Below are positions 1 through 13,063 of a stretch of 64,000 nt of DNA, piece after piece. The translations under genes and the position numbers were made by a program. The first letter of the stretch is position 1. Every line of letters starts with the position of its first letter. This DNA is from Lingula anatina (Eukaryota; Animalia; Brachiopoda), in the NCBI GenBank assembly GCA_051362555.1, contig CM120647.1, forward strand, positions 16,840,651-16,904,650. The letters are read 5' to 3'. Under the pieces are notes generated by a model. That model was not told where the DNA came from and searched no databases. It worked only from the letters and a program-made list of their open reading frames with translations.

Positions 1-20
1 ACCCATGTGGATTTTTTCAG

Positions 21-829
21 ACTTGCAGACAGAGACAAAGCCTAAAGGACCTGTTGCAAGGGGTAAACTTATTGAAATCAACAACTTTACAATCGTCACA
101 GGCGCCAATCACGTATTTTCCCCGGCTCTCGTTAACCACGTGGGGTCATTCTGTTTCTGGGAACCAACTCTCAAAATCGTGGTGTGGGACCTCGGTTTGA
201 CCGCCAGAGAGGCAGAGACTGTGAAAAGCTGGTCCAGCGTGACGTATAGGAGGTTCCCCTTTGAAAGGTACCCCCCTCACTTTCGCAACCTGCACACGTA
301 CGCTTTCAAACCGGTCATTATTAAACAAATGGTCGATGAACTCGGGGCAGTGCTTTGGGTGGACGCTGGCAGTCACATTAGTGGAAGAATGAAAGAAATA
401 ATAATTTCTCTCTTTCAAAAAGATGGTTATGTTTATTCCGGCTTACGTGGAAATGGTGCGGTGACAAAATTAACTCATCCTGGAACGTTCACATATTTTA
501 ACATCACAATAGGACCCTACGTTGGAAAGGGGTCTATCAGTGGAAATCTAAACGGCTGGCTTAGACAAGGGGATATCTATGAGGAAATACTGGTTCCATG
601 GGCAAATTGTGCGTTACACGAAAATTGTATCTCTCCAGTTGGATCCAGTTTGGGAAACAACAGAAACGATCAAACAGCCCTTTCTTTGTTGGGATACAGT
701 TACATGTTTAGACATAACAAAACCTTACATCTTCGTACATATTTATTAGATATTGTTAATCCACCTAGAGGACACAATCGAGCCTATATAAATTATGCAC
801 AGGGATGTAATATTTCGTGGATAACGTAA
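21..829 (+). CDS. DUF1647-like putative glycosyltransferase, exon 2 (exon 1 lies outside the window)
   Basis: Acceptor ttttttcag at 12-20 and an open frame to TAA at 829. Motifs WDLGL, YAFKP, LWVDAG, PWANCAL..CISP and R.DQ.ALS match the DUF1647 family. Paralogues at 26419 and 32578 show the upstream signal-anchor exon. Confidence 0.8.
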
Positions 830-1044
830 CTGGATCAACATGATCATTCTAGTGGGGAAAATATTGGAAACATTTTATATGATGTAATCTTGGTGAGATG
901 AGTTTTAAAGCAATTCTTTAAGATGGATACACTCCCAGAGGTTCAATATTACAAATGTATTGGCTTTTTACAATACTTGCTTTCCTACGCTAGACACTTA
1001 TCAAGGGCCGATTTTCAATTTAAATATATATATATATATATATA

Positions 1045-2350
1045 TATATGGGGACAAAAGTATTGCACAATTTTTCTTCAAGGGGAACAACAGATGTATA
1101 TATATTTTTTTCAATTGCTATTTTATTGAAAACTGATTGCGTCAAGTGAGTATCTTTATCTTAAGTGTACAGAACAGTGCATTGCCCTTACATAGCACAT
1201 GCTATTATATCAGAATTGATATTTTGTAGGATAGCCACGTGACCTCAATATGGCCACCATCCTTCTAGGCATAGACTGATAAAGGTTCATTAATCTTCTG
1301 GGGGCTATGTTGGCCCAGGCCCTGAATACACTTTGGATTAGGGCGTTTCTGTTAAATCCTTTGCCATCTCATTTCCAATATCTTGCCATATGTTTTCAAT
1401 AGGGCTTGCGTCTGGCGGTTGGGCAGGCCATTTCACCCTGTTGAAACCGTGCTGGTAACGCCTCTCTTGCACTGCCCTTGCCCTGTGTGGTGTAGCGTTA
1501 TCATCTTGAATTATTGTCCGACGGTTCCTGTCCCCAAAGATATTTTCTACCAATGCTAAAAGGTGTTGGTCGAGAATTTCAGTGTATCGCTGGTCATTCA
1601 AGTTTCCATTTATCAACACAAGCTCATCAATACCGTAGAAACCAGTGCACTCAAACCATTATTGAAGTGGATTGTCTAGCGAGGAAATGCATATTCTCTG
1701 ACAGATGACAAGTGGGTAATGCTGTCCAAAGCCTCACTTGCCCAGCCACGTTGTGAACTGTGAATATGGACCAGTCAGAAAAAAACAAAATGGCGCCAAT
1801 TCTGACCCACTGTCCAGGCAATGTTTCTTGCAGCCCATGACACTCTTCTGCGTCTGTTTACCAAGGTGATTAGTGGCTTCCTCTCGGCAACCCTGCTGTG
1901 CATACCTGAAACATTGAGCCATTGTACAGTTCTTTTGCTAACATCAACCTGCAAAGTGCGCGACCACTGCAAAGCTTATATCCTGCGCGGCTCAAACCTC
2001 CTAAGCATTGACAGCATAAAAAGGCACCTGTCGTCTCTGGTTTTAGTCTTCCTTAGGCGGCCACTTGGTGTAACTTATGGGCATCACCAGTTTTCTCCAT
2101 CCTTCTGCAAACCCTATACACAGTCTGACGAGATACACCATATCTGGCAGTATCTGGGTAACACTGATGCCCTCCTCCCTCAGAGAAACAATGTCATTTC
2201 TTTCTCCATTTGTGAGCTCCCGTCCCTTCACCATGATGGCAACATGACAGCTATGGCTTACCTTCAGGGGTACCCTTTATAGTATAGCTCATCACTGGTA
2301 AATCGAGAAATAAACCGAAAAAACGTTGAACTGACGCACCCCCCCCCCCC
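1045..2350 (-). mobile_element. Degenerate Tc1/mariner transposon (frameshifted transposase), copy A
   Basis: Fragments MVKGRELT..IVSLREEG (HTH), HSRVAERKPLIT..RRVSWA and IQDDNATPHRA..WPAQPPDASPIENIW (DDE core). TIR-like ggacaaaagtattgcac next to a TA run at ~1045. The other end appears truncated. Confidence 0.85.
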
Positions 2351-2558
2351 CGTGTCACATAGAGCTTTATATCACTATAAGAAAGTTATCCAGAACTATA
2401 TATGTAATTAAAGATACACCAAAAGATCTTTAGTTGATAGAATGCATAAATCTTTTGCTGACTCTTTACAATTCTTTAGAGGCCGGCTTGTTTATGTTTA
2501 AAAACTCCCTGAGAGGTCTTTGTACATCAGTGAAAAAGTACTATATTATATTTTATGA

Positions 2559-2849
2559 GGAAAACAGTCGATCAAGGGGGTTTAAACGGCTGGCTTAGAC
2601 AAGGGGATATCTATCTATGAAATACTGGTTCTATGGGCAAATTGTGCTTTACACGAAAATTGTATCTCTCCCGTTGGATCCAGTTTTCAAAACCATCGAT
2701 ACGATCAAGCATCCCTTTCGTTTTTGGGATACAGTTACATGTTTAGACATAACAAAACCTTACATCTTCGTACATATTTATTGGACATAGTTTTGGAATC
2801 GAGAGGAAGGAATCAGACCTATATCAATTATGCTCACGGATTTACGTGA
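2559..2849 (+). pseudogene. 3' fragment of a DUF1647-like paralogue (26.7-kb type)
   Basis: Matches 27201-27497 (NGWLRQGDI, HRYDQ, ESRGRN) with frameshifts. It is fused directly to sequence homologous to 31450-31635, so the 5' part was deleted. Confidence 0.85.
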
Positions 2850-3588
2850 ATGACATAAGTTTGGCAACAAATAATCTTTCCAGTGAAAAGAAAAAAAATC
2901 TGTATTTTCCTATTTGTTTTTTCCTTTATGTTTTATTGATTACGTTTTTCCCCTTTAATTGTATTCTTTGTTTGCTGCATTTTATTTGATTGACACAATT
3001 CTGTTAAGAGCGAGTGTCAGGGGTATGTCACTCCAGTATCATCGGGTGTGCCATTGAGGCAAAAATTCCTATGGGGTCACAGCGACCATATATAAAGTTT
3101 AATCAGTTGCATCAAGTTTCTAAGAGCTAAATAATTTTTCTACGTGTCTGCATTATATTCTTTCGTCCACTATATATGCCCTGCCATTGCCACAATATTC
3201 AAATAAGCACATTACATATACGAGCTAAGACAAGAGGCAATTATCTGTTTTTCTTTTCTCGTGGGTAATGTGGTGTTTGTTCTTACATGTACAATTTATT
3301 AGTTTAATTTTTATGTGCCATGGGGGATATCAAAATATACAAGAAAATGGAATTTTATTTTATTATTTGAACACTATTTGATGCAAAACATAAAGGTTGG
3401 TGGTACTTTTTTCCACAACAAAACATGACGTCATGTCCTCATTTGACATCAAACAGTAGTTTTTCAATCACCAAAGTAACAATATTACACACAGCGCATT
3501 TGACCGATTACTGCTAGTTTCCCCTAATTGATGACGTCACGTTTTATGCCTAATAAGGGACGAGGCGTTGCGCTAGCCAGTCAGGTGC

Positions 3589-3847
3589 TCACACGTCATC
3601 AGTCCCACAGTAGGCGGAGCAAAAGTAGGTGGAGCGAAGGTAATACACGTAGAAGTCCCCGCAGTTCTTGACGCTGATGATAGGGTCTTTCTGCATGCAG
3701 CAGTTGCCCCTGTATGAGCCGCATATGTTGCGTTCCACCACGCCTTCTTCCACGGTTGGCAAGGTTCCCTTCATCCACAGCGAGGCCCAGGTGCCGCAGG
3801 AGTATCCTTTGGGACACTAAGAGACAAGGAAAATGATGGTTTACCAA

Positions 3848-3909
<62 letters not shown>

Positions 3910-4950
3910 GAGAGAAAGAGAGAGAGAGAGAGAGAGCCTATTTTGTAAAGTCAACGTGCGCTCGCTGCGATTGTATTTTTTCACATTGGCATATTTTCAC
4001 AATTCTGTGCTCTTTTTCAATGTCGTTGAGAAGACCTATGACATTAATAGTGCGTTAGGTGTGACGAAAAGCAAAGCCACTTCGCTCACCTCGGTCGCCA
4101 TTCTGCTCCCCGCTTCCCCGGTGAACCTATACCACTGCTCCTTCCACCCGTGTAGGAGTTGGTCGCATCTTGCACTCGACATAGAGCGATACCTTGACCC
4201 GCGGGCCACGTTTCTACTGGCTGAGCTGAGTAGAGCGTGGCTGTCTGGCCGACAGGGGTCCTCAACTTGAATAAAGAAAATATGAATTTTGATAACTGAC
4301 AACAAACAATTTTAACGGCATTTTTCTTCTAAAATATTCGGCATTAGTACTGTTGTTGTGTCTTAATTTTTGTCATATTGTACGTAGCCATGAGTTGCAA
4401 GTGTGGCACTTTTTAAAAACCCCTTTACACTGGACGGGGTTTTTTTTTGCGTTCTTTGTTAGACCATGAAACTGGCATTGCTGTGGTCGTAGAAAAGAGG
4501 CACAAGCATCGCTTTGGTTGCAGTATGAATGCTTGTCGGCGCGTGAAGTATTTTTTTTTTTATTTGAAATGAGACCATACTACGGGACGCAGAAAGGACG
4601 CCGTTCGGTGTAAAGGGGGCTTAAGAAATGATTAACATTATTGCAGGTGATTGCTCTGATCTTTGTGTTCATCCTTTTGCGAAATATTGAACACTGCATT
4701 AAATAAATTCAAATATGATTACCGACTTTAGCTGAGGTGAATATGTTTTGCAGGCCCCAAAAAGCGGCATCGGCTGACACCAAAAGTTGCAACGTTGCTT
4801 TCTTCTTTCCTCGTTGTTGTCTGATCGAGGATATGTAATCTTTTTTCTGATTACGTCACCGTGATAGCGTCATCGTTGAATATCATATTTAATCAGATTT
4901 CAAAGTCACTGATATAAGATCGCAAACTATGTTAATTTTCAGTAGTGTAA

Positions 4951-5009
<59 letters not shown>

Positions 5010-5010
5010 G

Positions 5011-5048
<38 letters not shown>

Positions 5049-5142
5049 GGCGCAGTCACCTACCGTCATCAGGTGCAGCGTATAGCCCGACTATCAACCA
5101 AGCCCCAAAAATAAGACACACCAAAGAAGCCGTGGAACTCAT
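3589..5142 (-). CDS. Secreted single-domain UMOD/GP2/OIT3-type D8C (cysteine-rich) protein, ~160 aa; exons 5142-5064, 4265-4090, 3816-3589
   Basis: Signal peptide MSSTASLVCLIFGAWLIVGLYA. Domain motifs CD..WYRFTGEAG..M..CP...CGT.ASLW..G.LP..EG.V.R.IC..CC..I.VKNCGDFYVYYL..C..YC. GT/AG boundaries with compatible phases (1,0). Confidence 0.88.
4417..4622. mobile_element. MITE (Harbinger-like termini)
   Basis: Termini accccttTACAC...GTGTAAAGGGGGCT. Same family at ~39090-39312 and 63927-64000. Confidence 0.65.
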
Positions 5143-7324
5143 TTTCTTTATCCTTTGGCACCTTAAAGAAAAGAACATTATACGGCGTCAACGGTAACTG
5201 TCTTACCATAGAAAACTGATAAACGCCTTTGAAGCGCTGTGAAATTTTTATTCCTAAAAGGAAGCAAACATAATAGTGCATCTTGATATTCAAAAGCTGG
5301 TTGATTTGACTTGCACCATATGCTCTGTTCTCTTATATTGTATATATAAAAAGAGTAAGCGCAGTTTTCTATTAATTTATGGCCTAGTAAATATTCATAT
5401 ACATGTGTACACTGTCGACCTATGAACAAATGATCGTGCGTAGAATACTATATTACAGACAAAATCATTGATGAAAAGATATAATTTCACTTACTCGTGT
5501 AAAATCCTGTTCTGTACAGTAAAGGATATTTCGCCACGGGAGCAAATGACTTTCTTCACTACTTTTCCTATTGCCAGCTGCTATCCGTAGGAACTCAGGG
5601 AAGGCCCTTTTATAGCGAGTGGATTCTATGTACTGTAAATGTCGCTAAATGCACGCCATACTTGTATTAAACGTGAAAAGTTATTCACTATAGACGACTG
5701 TACTCATCGACAGATGGGTAATGCATGTTATAGGGATAGGAGTAGAAAACATTTTTACTTTTTTTTTTTTAACCAATAAATGTTAGAATGAAGCTTTAGA
5801 CATTAAAATATTTACGGTTTCGGGCAAAGTTGTTTCTAAAAGAAGTAACATTTTATCATTTCCCCTTATTGGACAACGTTAATCACTTAGATAATACGGC
5901 TTAGCAGTGACTTAAATTTAATTTTGAAATTAATATCCGTCTGTTTCCAGAGTGATAGCCAATTTGGAATCGGAAATGAAATAATTAACTATTTCAGACT
6001 CAGGTAAAAAAACGAGAGAGCCGAGCTATAGGTTTTACTGTTTTCTGCTGTCTCAGCCTGTAAGTTAGATAATTCGTGTTTTAAGAAATCTGCCCACTTT
6101 GTTCGCCAATATACCTGTATATTAGAACCCAGGCTGCACCGAAGGGAGGGGGGGGGGGGCAGCAGGGGGGCTGAAAGATCTTTGAAAAATATATTTTGAT
6201 ATTTTCATAATTGTCTTATTTTTCCTCCCAGTATATCAAGAGTCCTTTACTTCCCCTTTACACAACATGTAGCGCAGTGTGTCCCAATGTTGGTAGAACA
6301 AATGCTTGCATGGATAATTGGCCTTTCACGCATACCTGCATCTTGTCTTGAAACAATTTCTGGTCCCATGGCCCTGCTTAGCCTATATTCAGTTTACATT
6401 GACATTATGGCTGTTAGAAATTTTAACAAAACGGGAATATTTTAGGTATATAAGAGACCAAAATATGTCGTGGTGGAAGGCAGCATTGGCTTTATCTTCA
6501 GTGATCGAACCACTTAGGCAGTCATTTGTTTGTAAAATGAAATCTATTAACGAATGATTGAATACGATTTCAAAATGGCACTCATTTCCGTCAGTCATTC
6601 TATCTAGTGGGTTGTGATTAATGGAGTGCAAATTGGATTTGTCCAAGCATGAATTAAAAACACTGGCAGCCTGGCCACGTCGGGTGAGCCGACCTGTCGT
6701 ATGTTAACGATGTACAGTGCATAAATTCCAAATTCTCAGATGCATAACATAAAACAGCTTTATATCACTCCAAGGTAAACCATGTGTTGATTTTTAGTGT
6801 ATCATTATAACATGACCATTAAACAGACATGTATAACCCTCAGGATTAGTTTGCATTTATCAAGTATACGATGCCACATGGCTATAAAATAATTTTACAG
6901 TCTTTATTATCTTAAGACAAGCAAAGAGTTTTTAAAATATACGATAAATTAACACATGGGCAGATAACAGTCATATTATTCCAAGGTGAATTGAACATCG
7001 AATAGCTAAAGGCATTTTGAATTATTTTGAGGTAAAATAGGCGTTCATAAATATACGAAGTCAAATGCCTTTAAAAAAGTCACACTACGTTGAAGTACAT
7101 GTAGTTGTTTCTATAGTCTACACACACACACAGCAACTTATAACTGATACAGCTTCCTATTACAATATGTCATTGGTCTGCTTCACCGTTAAGTTTGGTG
7201 AAAAGGTTTTATCTTTTTATTCCATTTATGTATATATTTTGATGCAAATCGCGACGGTTAATATGTTCATAACGACGATGATACCGACGGATAATGCCGA
7301 TATCAACTTCCACGCCTAATGTTG

Positions 7325-9469
7325 TTACATTTCGACGCCAAACAGTTTCCAAACACATAAACCAAAGAAGAAATCCACAACTTCAGCCAAGGTCATCAAA
7401 GTGCTACCCAAAACGAGGCCAAGTGCTCCACCAATGTCCGCCAGTAACGCCAACGCGCTGTAGGCCTTTTGTTGCACCACCTCCTCGTAGGACATTTCGG
7501 AATAGTAGATAAACACGGAGAGAAAATCCTGTGATATTTCTTCCTGTGTCGTCCGCAAAATAGCTGCGGTTGTCCTCATTGCTGCCTCCGAAATCTTTGC
7601 CGAAGATAGACTGATATCGTATTTGAACGAGTCACATGGCGTTTTACAGCCACATTCTCGCAGGTAGACGGTTTCAGTTATATTCAGCTTCAGATTATCG
7701 ACGCAGACTCTGCTGTCTTCCGGTGAACACTCCCTGTATCCGGGAACTCTGGGAAAATGGGTCAGGCGGCAACCGCATTTTTTCAGTGTGAAATTGTGAC
7801 TGAAATACCGTACATTTAGCATTAAATCGAAGTCCACACATGTACAATATACATTTTCACCCTGAGAACCATTGTCATGTCAACGTTAGTAAAATGAATG
7901 CTAAATGACAAAGTCCACGATCATTATATGCTTATATTGAAACAACCAGTACCATGTAAACTATTTTAGTCTGAATTTTAACTAAAGAGATTTTCCAGTA
8001 CATGCCTGCGGGGGTTTCATACAGTGGGGGTTCGGGGGGTTCGAAAGAACCCTCCTTTTTGCCGGGAAAAGGTCCCCTCTGGGTAAAACTTTATCTAGGT
8101 ATACAAAGGTTTCATGGTAAAGGGTTCACTTTTTCAACCCCCCCTTCCCATTTTGAATTTCTGGCTACGGGCCTGCCTGTAAGTCCTTAATCTTTAAAGT
8201 TTGTTTGAAATAACGTGGGGATAAGAGCCATACATACAAGCACTCTGCATGACAATTGGCTTTGCTGTACTTGTTGTAGTAAACCAGAGGTTTTTCACCA
8301 CATTTCCCGTGTGGTGGAGGAAGGTTTATCAACTGGAAAATAATATGTAAGATGTATGATTATCATAAAGATCTTTCTTCATACACAGCAATGTGGCAGT
8401 AGTATAGAATCCATGAACTGAATAAGTTACTGAAATAATTACCGACGCTAAGGAGGCCTTGTTTTAACCGTCACTTTTTCTGTTTTATGTCGCCAGCTTA
8501 ACTCAAAGTTATGGGTGGACTTGGATAAAATTTTCAGCAAAGGTCAGAAATGGGCTACTTCGAGGGTGATCAAATTTTGGTGGTGATCCGGGTTACCCTC
8601 CACCCTATTTACATCCCTCAATATTAAAAAAAAGCATTCTTCACCATCACAAGATGAGGCTAATGACTCCGACCCGTTGTGCAATGAGTGTCCTCCCACC
8701 TACCACAATTTACCTCGGAGGAGGTCTGAGCTTTCTTTGTGCCTGTCTAGTTTCGATTTGTTTTACAATTGAGCAAAGTTGTTCATTGGCTTGTCACTTA
8801 CATCATAGATGGTTATTTAACTCAAGCTGAACGATTCTTTCCAGCTGTTAGACTACGACCAACTTGGTCGAAGGTCTTCTTCAGGCTGACTGCATGGCTG
8901 ATTGAGTGACAATGGGGACAGCAACTACTCTCTTCATATTTGTAGGTTACAGACAAGACTGAGGTGCATTACAGTAGTAAAATCCGCTGAATATTTAATT
9001 GTCAATGAATGAATAAAGGAACTTATAAAATAAATCAGAAAAAAACAAATAAAGAAACGTACGCGCTTTAGTTTTAGGGAAACACCGGTAAATCCCCCGG
9101 ATGAAATCAGAGTGCCAAGATTAATGTCGGGATGGTCACCAGGACTATGGATGATGATCTGAAAAAAATATTATAACAATGTAAAAAACGTTCAATGGTA
9201 TGGAGTATGTTTCAGTTATAGAGAGTTTTATCTGCTAGTTCTCTGCCAAAAACACACCAAAAACATCAAGCACATATATACATGTACCCCTACCACATGA
9301 AGAAAATCGTCAATTCAGATAACAACAGATAATGGCTCATTATTATTAGACAGATCATTATCATCATTACAAAATAATTTATGAAACGTCATTCAGGTAG
9401 CGTAACTTAAAGAAATACCAAAGGGCATCGTCTTAAATTATTCAGCAGATATTTTTTTTCTTTCTATAT

Positions 9470-9517
<48 letters not shown>

Positions 9518-11603
9518 AACCCTTGGTCGTTTCCACCACTCATTTGAAAATGTATGCTTTTGTTGCGAAACAGCTATTCGCCATACATCGTGCGCGTTAA
9601 CAGAATGAATCGAGCCCAAAAAGGCGGGTTCAGGCAGTGACGCCCCCCCCCCCCCCCCCCCCGATTTAAGTAGCAACATGAACCTCAATTAAGACCATAC
9701 ATCTAAGGAGAATTGAGCATGTGCAAAATGCGCATATGCGTAAATAAGCTATGGATTAAAATGCCGTTTGACTAAGCCAAACTCCTCTTTACCGGACTTC
9801 TACCAACTGTAGGGATGGATAAATAGGCCAACTTTCCGACCGAAAATTTGAAGGAGGAGCAATTCTAGAGCACTTTTTTTGTTTGAGCGAGTGATTGATT
9901 TGGGTCATCTTTTGGCATGTGGACGTATAGAAACTGAGTCGTATAAAAACTGATAGAAGTGGTTTACATGCATTACAGGGGATCTACGCTGGTTTCATGT
10001 TTTCTTTTTCAAATTGAAGGGCAATACAGCATAAAAGGAGATAGTGAAATTTATGCAAACATTTTAGCAAACGTGTAGTGACAGGCAGAAATCAAATATT
10101 CACTATTTTGTGGAAAGAACCAGCGATAATGTAATTTTAATTTTTAATTCAAATCCAATTTTATGGGGAGTTATAGCTGTAGCTGTTAACCCTAAAACAT
10201 AACTCATTTCAGGTCGTTCTAATCAGTGTTATATGGGGAACAGGCCCGTAGCCAGCAATTTCAAAAGGGGGGTTCTTTTTTTTTTTAAAGTGGACCTTTT
10301 CCCATAAAAACTTCATGTACCTAAATCAAAATTTCCCCAGAGTGGACCTTTTCCCAGCAAAAGGGCGGTTCTTTCGATCCCCCGAACCCCCCCTGGCCAC
10401 GGGCATGGGGAATAATAATTCACAGTTATTTTAACTAACTGTCTTATATTTATCGCACAAATTTGATATTATGTGGTGCAATAATGCACATGACCGCATA
10501 TTTTTCTAAAGCATTACTTGATGCTCTTGACACTTCTAACTCATCCACACTACAGCTTACCCTTACCAAAAAACCGGCTGGGTACGCATAGGACACATAA
10601 TCTCGTTGTTTGGCTAAGAGGGTCATGCCAAATCCATATCTTGAACCTTGGGTTTCAAGGTGAAGATGTTCCTCTCCTCCTGGAATACAGTTATCCACAA
10701 ACTGTACATTCAAATAGTTTTTTTAGTTTCTTTTATTATTAAAAATAATAACAGCAGCAGCAACAGCCATAACGACAACAACAACAACAACAACAATAAT
10801 AATAATAATAATAATCATAACAGTTTTGTGAACACTAAAATGTAGGTAAATTTTTCTGGCTCTCAGTAGAACTCTATACGCATGTGTGTGTGTGTGCATA
10901 TGTTTCAAGGACGACAAATAAACCACATTACATTAAGTACAAGTAAGTGTGATGGTTGTGATGAGTAAGTTCTTGTTTTAGCTGTGCAAGCCTGCAGAAT
11001 ATGCTCAAACAATCTGACGTCAAGAGCATTGTAAAACGATGACATTTTGATTGCACAAGGGGACACCCTCGGAAGCGGAACACAAATGTAATACTAGATA
11101 TTGTAGAAAAATGCGATACAGGGGAAAACAATGAAGTGATAAACTGCAGCTTTAGTATTCTTAATTACCTGCATTAAACTGATAGCACAATCCAGTTTCT
11201 GTAATGATCGGTGTGAAATCATGCTTCGTACAAATAGTTTTCTTCCAAGTACACTGGAAGGAGTGAGAACACTGATAAATGAAACATACATTCAATCACT
11301 TTTCAGCCTCAAACAAAATAAAGGACAAATAATTTCTACGCATGCGCACTTCCTGCATGTGCACGACAGGGACAAGTTTGGAACACGACTTTGGCTGACA
11401 TAAACATGCTTTTATAAGTGTATAATCAGATAAAGATCTCGCTACAGAAAGTCTTCCTATTTTTCGATACAAGACCCATATAGAACATATTAATGGAAAG
11501 TTTTTTTTTTAAATTTCCTATTACGGATTCAAAGTCAACACAATTAATGTATACAATGTTAGAATACAGTAACATTATAATGGTAGGAGCGAACGTACAA
11601 TGT

Positions 11604-11683
<80 letters not shown>

Positions 11684-12193
11684 ACAGGCAAGATTGAAAT
11701 CCAGGCGAGATTCAAATCCAGGTCACAGCTACATAAATCACATCCCAAATATAGCCATTTACATGTACTTTATAGAACCTATGGCTTAGAACTTCTTTTA
11801 TTAAATACTTCTCAAGCACAGCAAACAGGTAGAAAAAACTAACAAGATATAACGAAGCTGTTGGACACGGCGTGTTCGGTTCCAAGAACGCTTCTCTCGG
11901 GAAAGATGAACGTTCAAAACTGAGGGCAATTCAGTTGACAGAGACAGGAAAATTTTTGTCAGATTCAGTAAGAGGCAGAGAAGTTAAAGTAATATCAGCG
12001 GCATGCGAACCCGTAGAAAAATACATGCCTTTCTATTGTCGACTTTGGTTTGAGGCTGAACACAAATACTATAATGGAACTGTCAGAGGGAACATATTGA
12101 CTTATGTCCGTTAAGGAGTGCTTGAATATATCCATAGGGTTGACAGAAATGGGAGGTATTTTAGAGATGTACATGTATAATATACATTTGTTT

Positions 12194-12251
<58 letters not shown>

Positions 12252-13063
12252 TATATTTGGGATGTGATTTATGTAGCTGTGACCTGGATTTGAATCTCGC
12301 CTAGATTTCAATCTTGCCTGTGACATATATAAAATCAAAGCCTACGCGGAATAGTGCCGGTGTAACACGAATGGTAATCCTAGGGTTAAATGTCTGGTCT
12401 CACTTGCATGTGATTATAGTACAGGTTAGTGTAAGTCGAAGTATTGGGGTTCAGCTATGGGGGGAATGTCACCTGAATAAAGTTATGAGGAACGGACTAC
12501 GTTTTCTAGCGGTCTACCATTCCTGTCACACCGGTTCCCGTAGAAATTCATTTACTTACCCAGAATAATAATTCCTCAAGTTGGAAACCATTTCTCATGT
12601 GGAAATCGGTCCAATTGATATGGCTAAGGTTATACTGCGACCAGTCAACGTTTGCAAATGGACCGAAAATATTTCCTAACTCACTCTCGTTATTGGCAGC
12701 CAAGTTGCTAGCCTTAAACGGACTGCTGTTACAGATGGTGATCGCAGGAAACACCAGAGTGTCGTTTGGAACAACCTCCATATTTAAGGTTGCCGGGTTA
12801 GAGCGGTAGTAGTCAAATCGGTTCTTCAGGTGGAAGATTAAGAAGCCAAATCCTATTAAAACGAAGCACAGCCAGACCAAACGTCTTATTGGAGAATAAT
12901 TGGGGTTGGTGGATTGTTTTAATCCCAGTATACTGACCTCGCCTGCAAATGTAGCTAATTTCTCCTGCGTCGAAGACGTCTGGTCAATTTCAGAATCTTT
13001 AGTTGCTTCGTCACCAAATTTCCCCTTCGGTATATCTGTCGGAGTAACACGATTGGGGTTCAT
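7325..13063 (-). CDS. DEG/ENaC (ASIC/BASIC-like) channel subunit a, copy A, ~455 aa; exons 13063-12560, 11253-11169, 10679-10567, 9158-9063, 8332-8238, 7799-7325
   Basis: TM1 RRLVWLCFVLIGFGFL, FPAITICN, TETGLCYQFN, Cys-rich thumb (YSKANCHAEC..CGC..C..CKTPC) and TM2 LLADIGGALGLVLGSTLMTLAE. All five introns are GT-AG with matching phases (0,1,0,0,2) and there are no internal stops. Confidence 0.92.
8001..8175. mobile_element. Short GC-rich MITE remnant (..ctggctacgggcctg end)
   Basis: Same internal sequence family as 10241-10407, in the opposite orientation. Shared with copy B (~42031-42205). Confidence 0.55.
10241..10407. mobile_element. MITE with TIR CAGGCCCGTAGCCAG...CTGGCCACGGGCATG and 5-bp TSD GGGAA
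   Basis: Terminal inverted repeats and the flanking GGGAA direct repeat are read directly from the sequence. Confidence 0.7.
11680..12325. mobile_element. Non-autonomous TIR element inserted in a (TA)n microsatellite
   Basis: ~80-bp near-perfect TIRs (tgtcacaggcaagattgaaatc...gatttcaatcttgcctgtgaca) flanked by TA. Absent at the homologous (TA)n in copy B (~50985-51000). Confidence 0.85.

Noticed and set aside
5-20. ORF-track starts MWIFS (also 26661, 34536) and the starts of channel last exons (7837, 15542, 41867, 53299)
   Set aside because: These lie in introns upstream of splice acceptors or are internal codons. The true starts are in upstream exons.
146-418. Antisense ORFs over real genes (also 26823-27158, 34764-35036, 7294-7512, 12597-12809, 46751-47011)
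   Set aside because: Shadow frames that recur only because the sense gene is duplicated.
3833-5197. ORFs rich in CVCV/RERE/YIYI/LSLS (also 11426-12338, 38296-38804, 59802-60086)
   Set aside because: These are translations of dinucleotide microsatellites.
11860-11915. Hammerhead ribozyme or Penelope-like end inside the TIR element
   Set aside because: The core CUGANGA and GAAA boxes are not intact on either strand.
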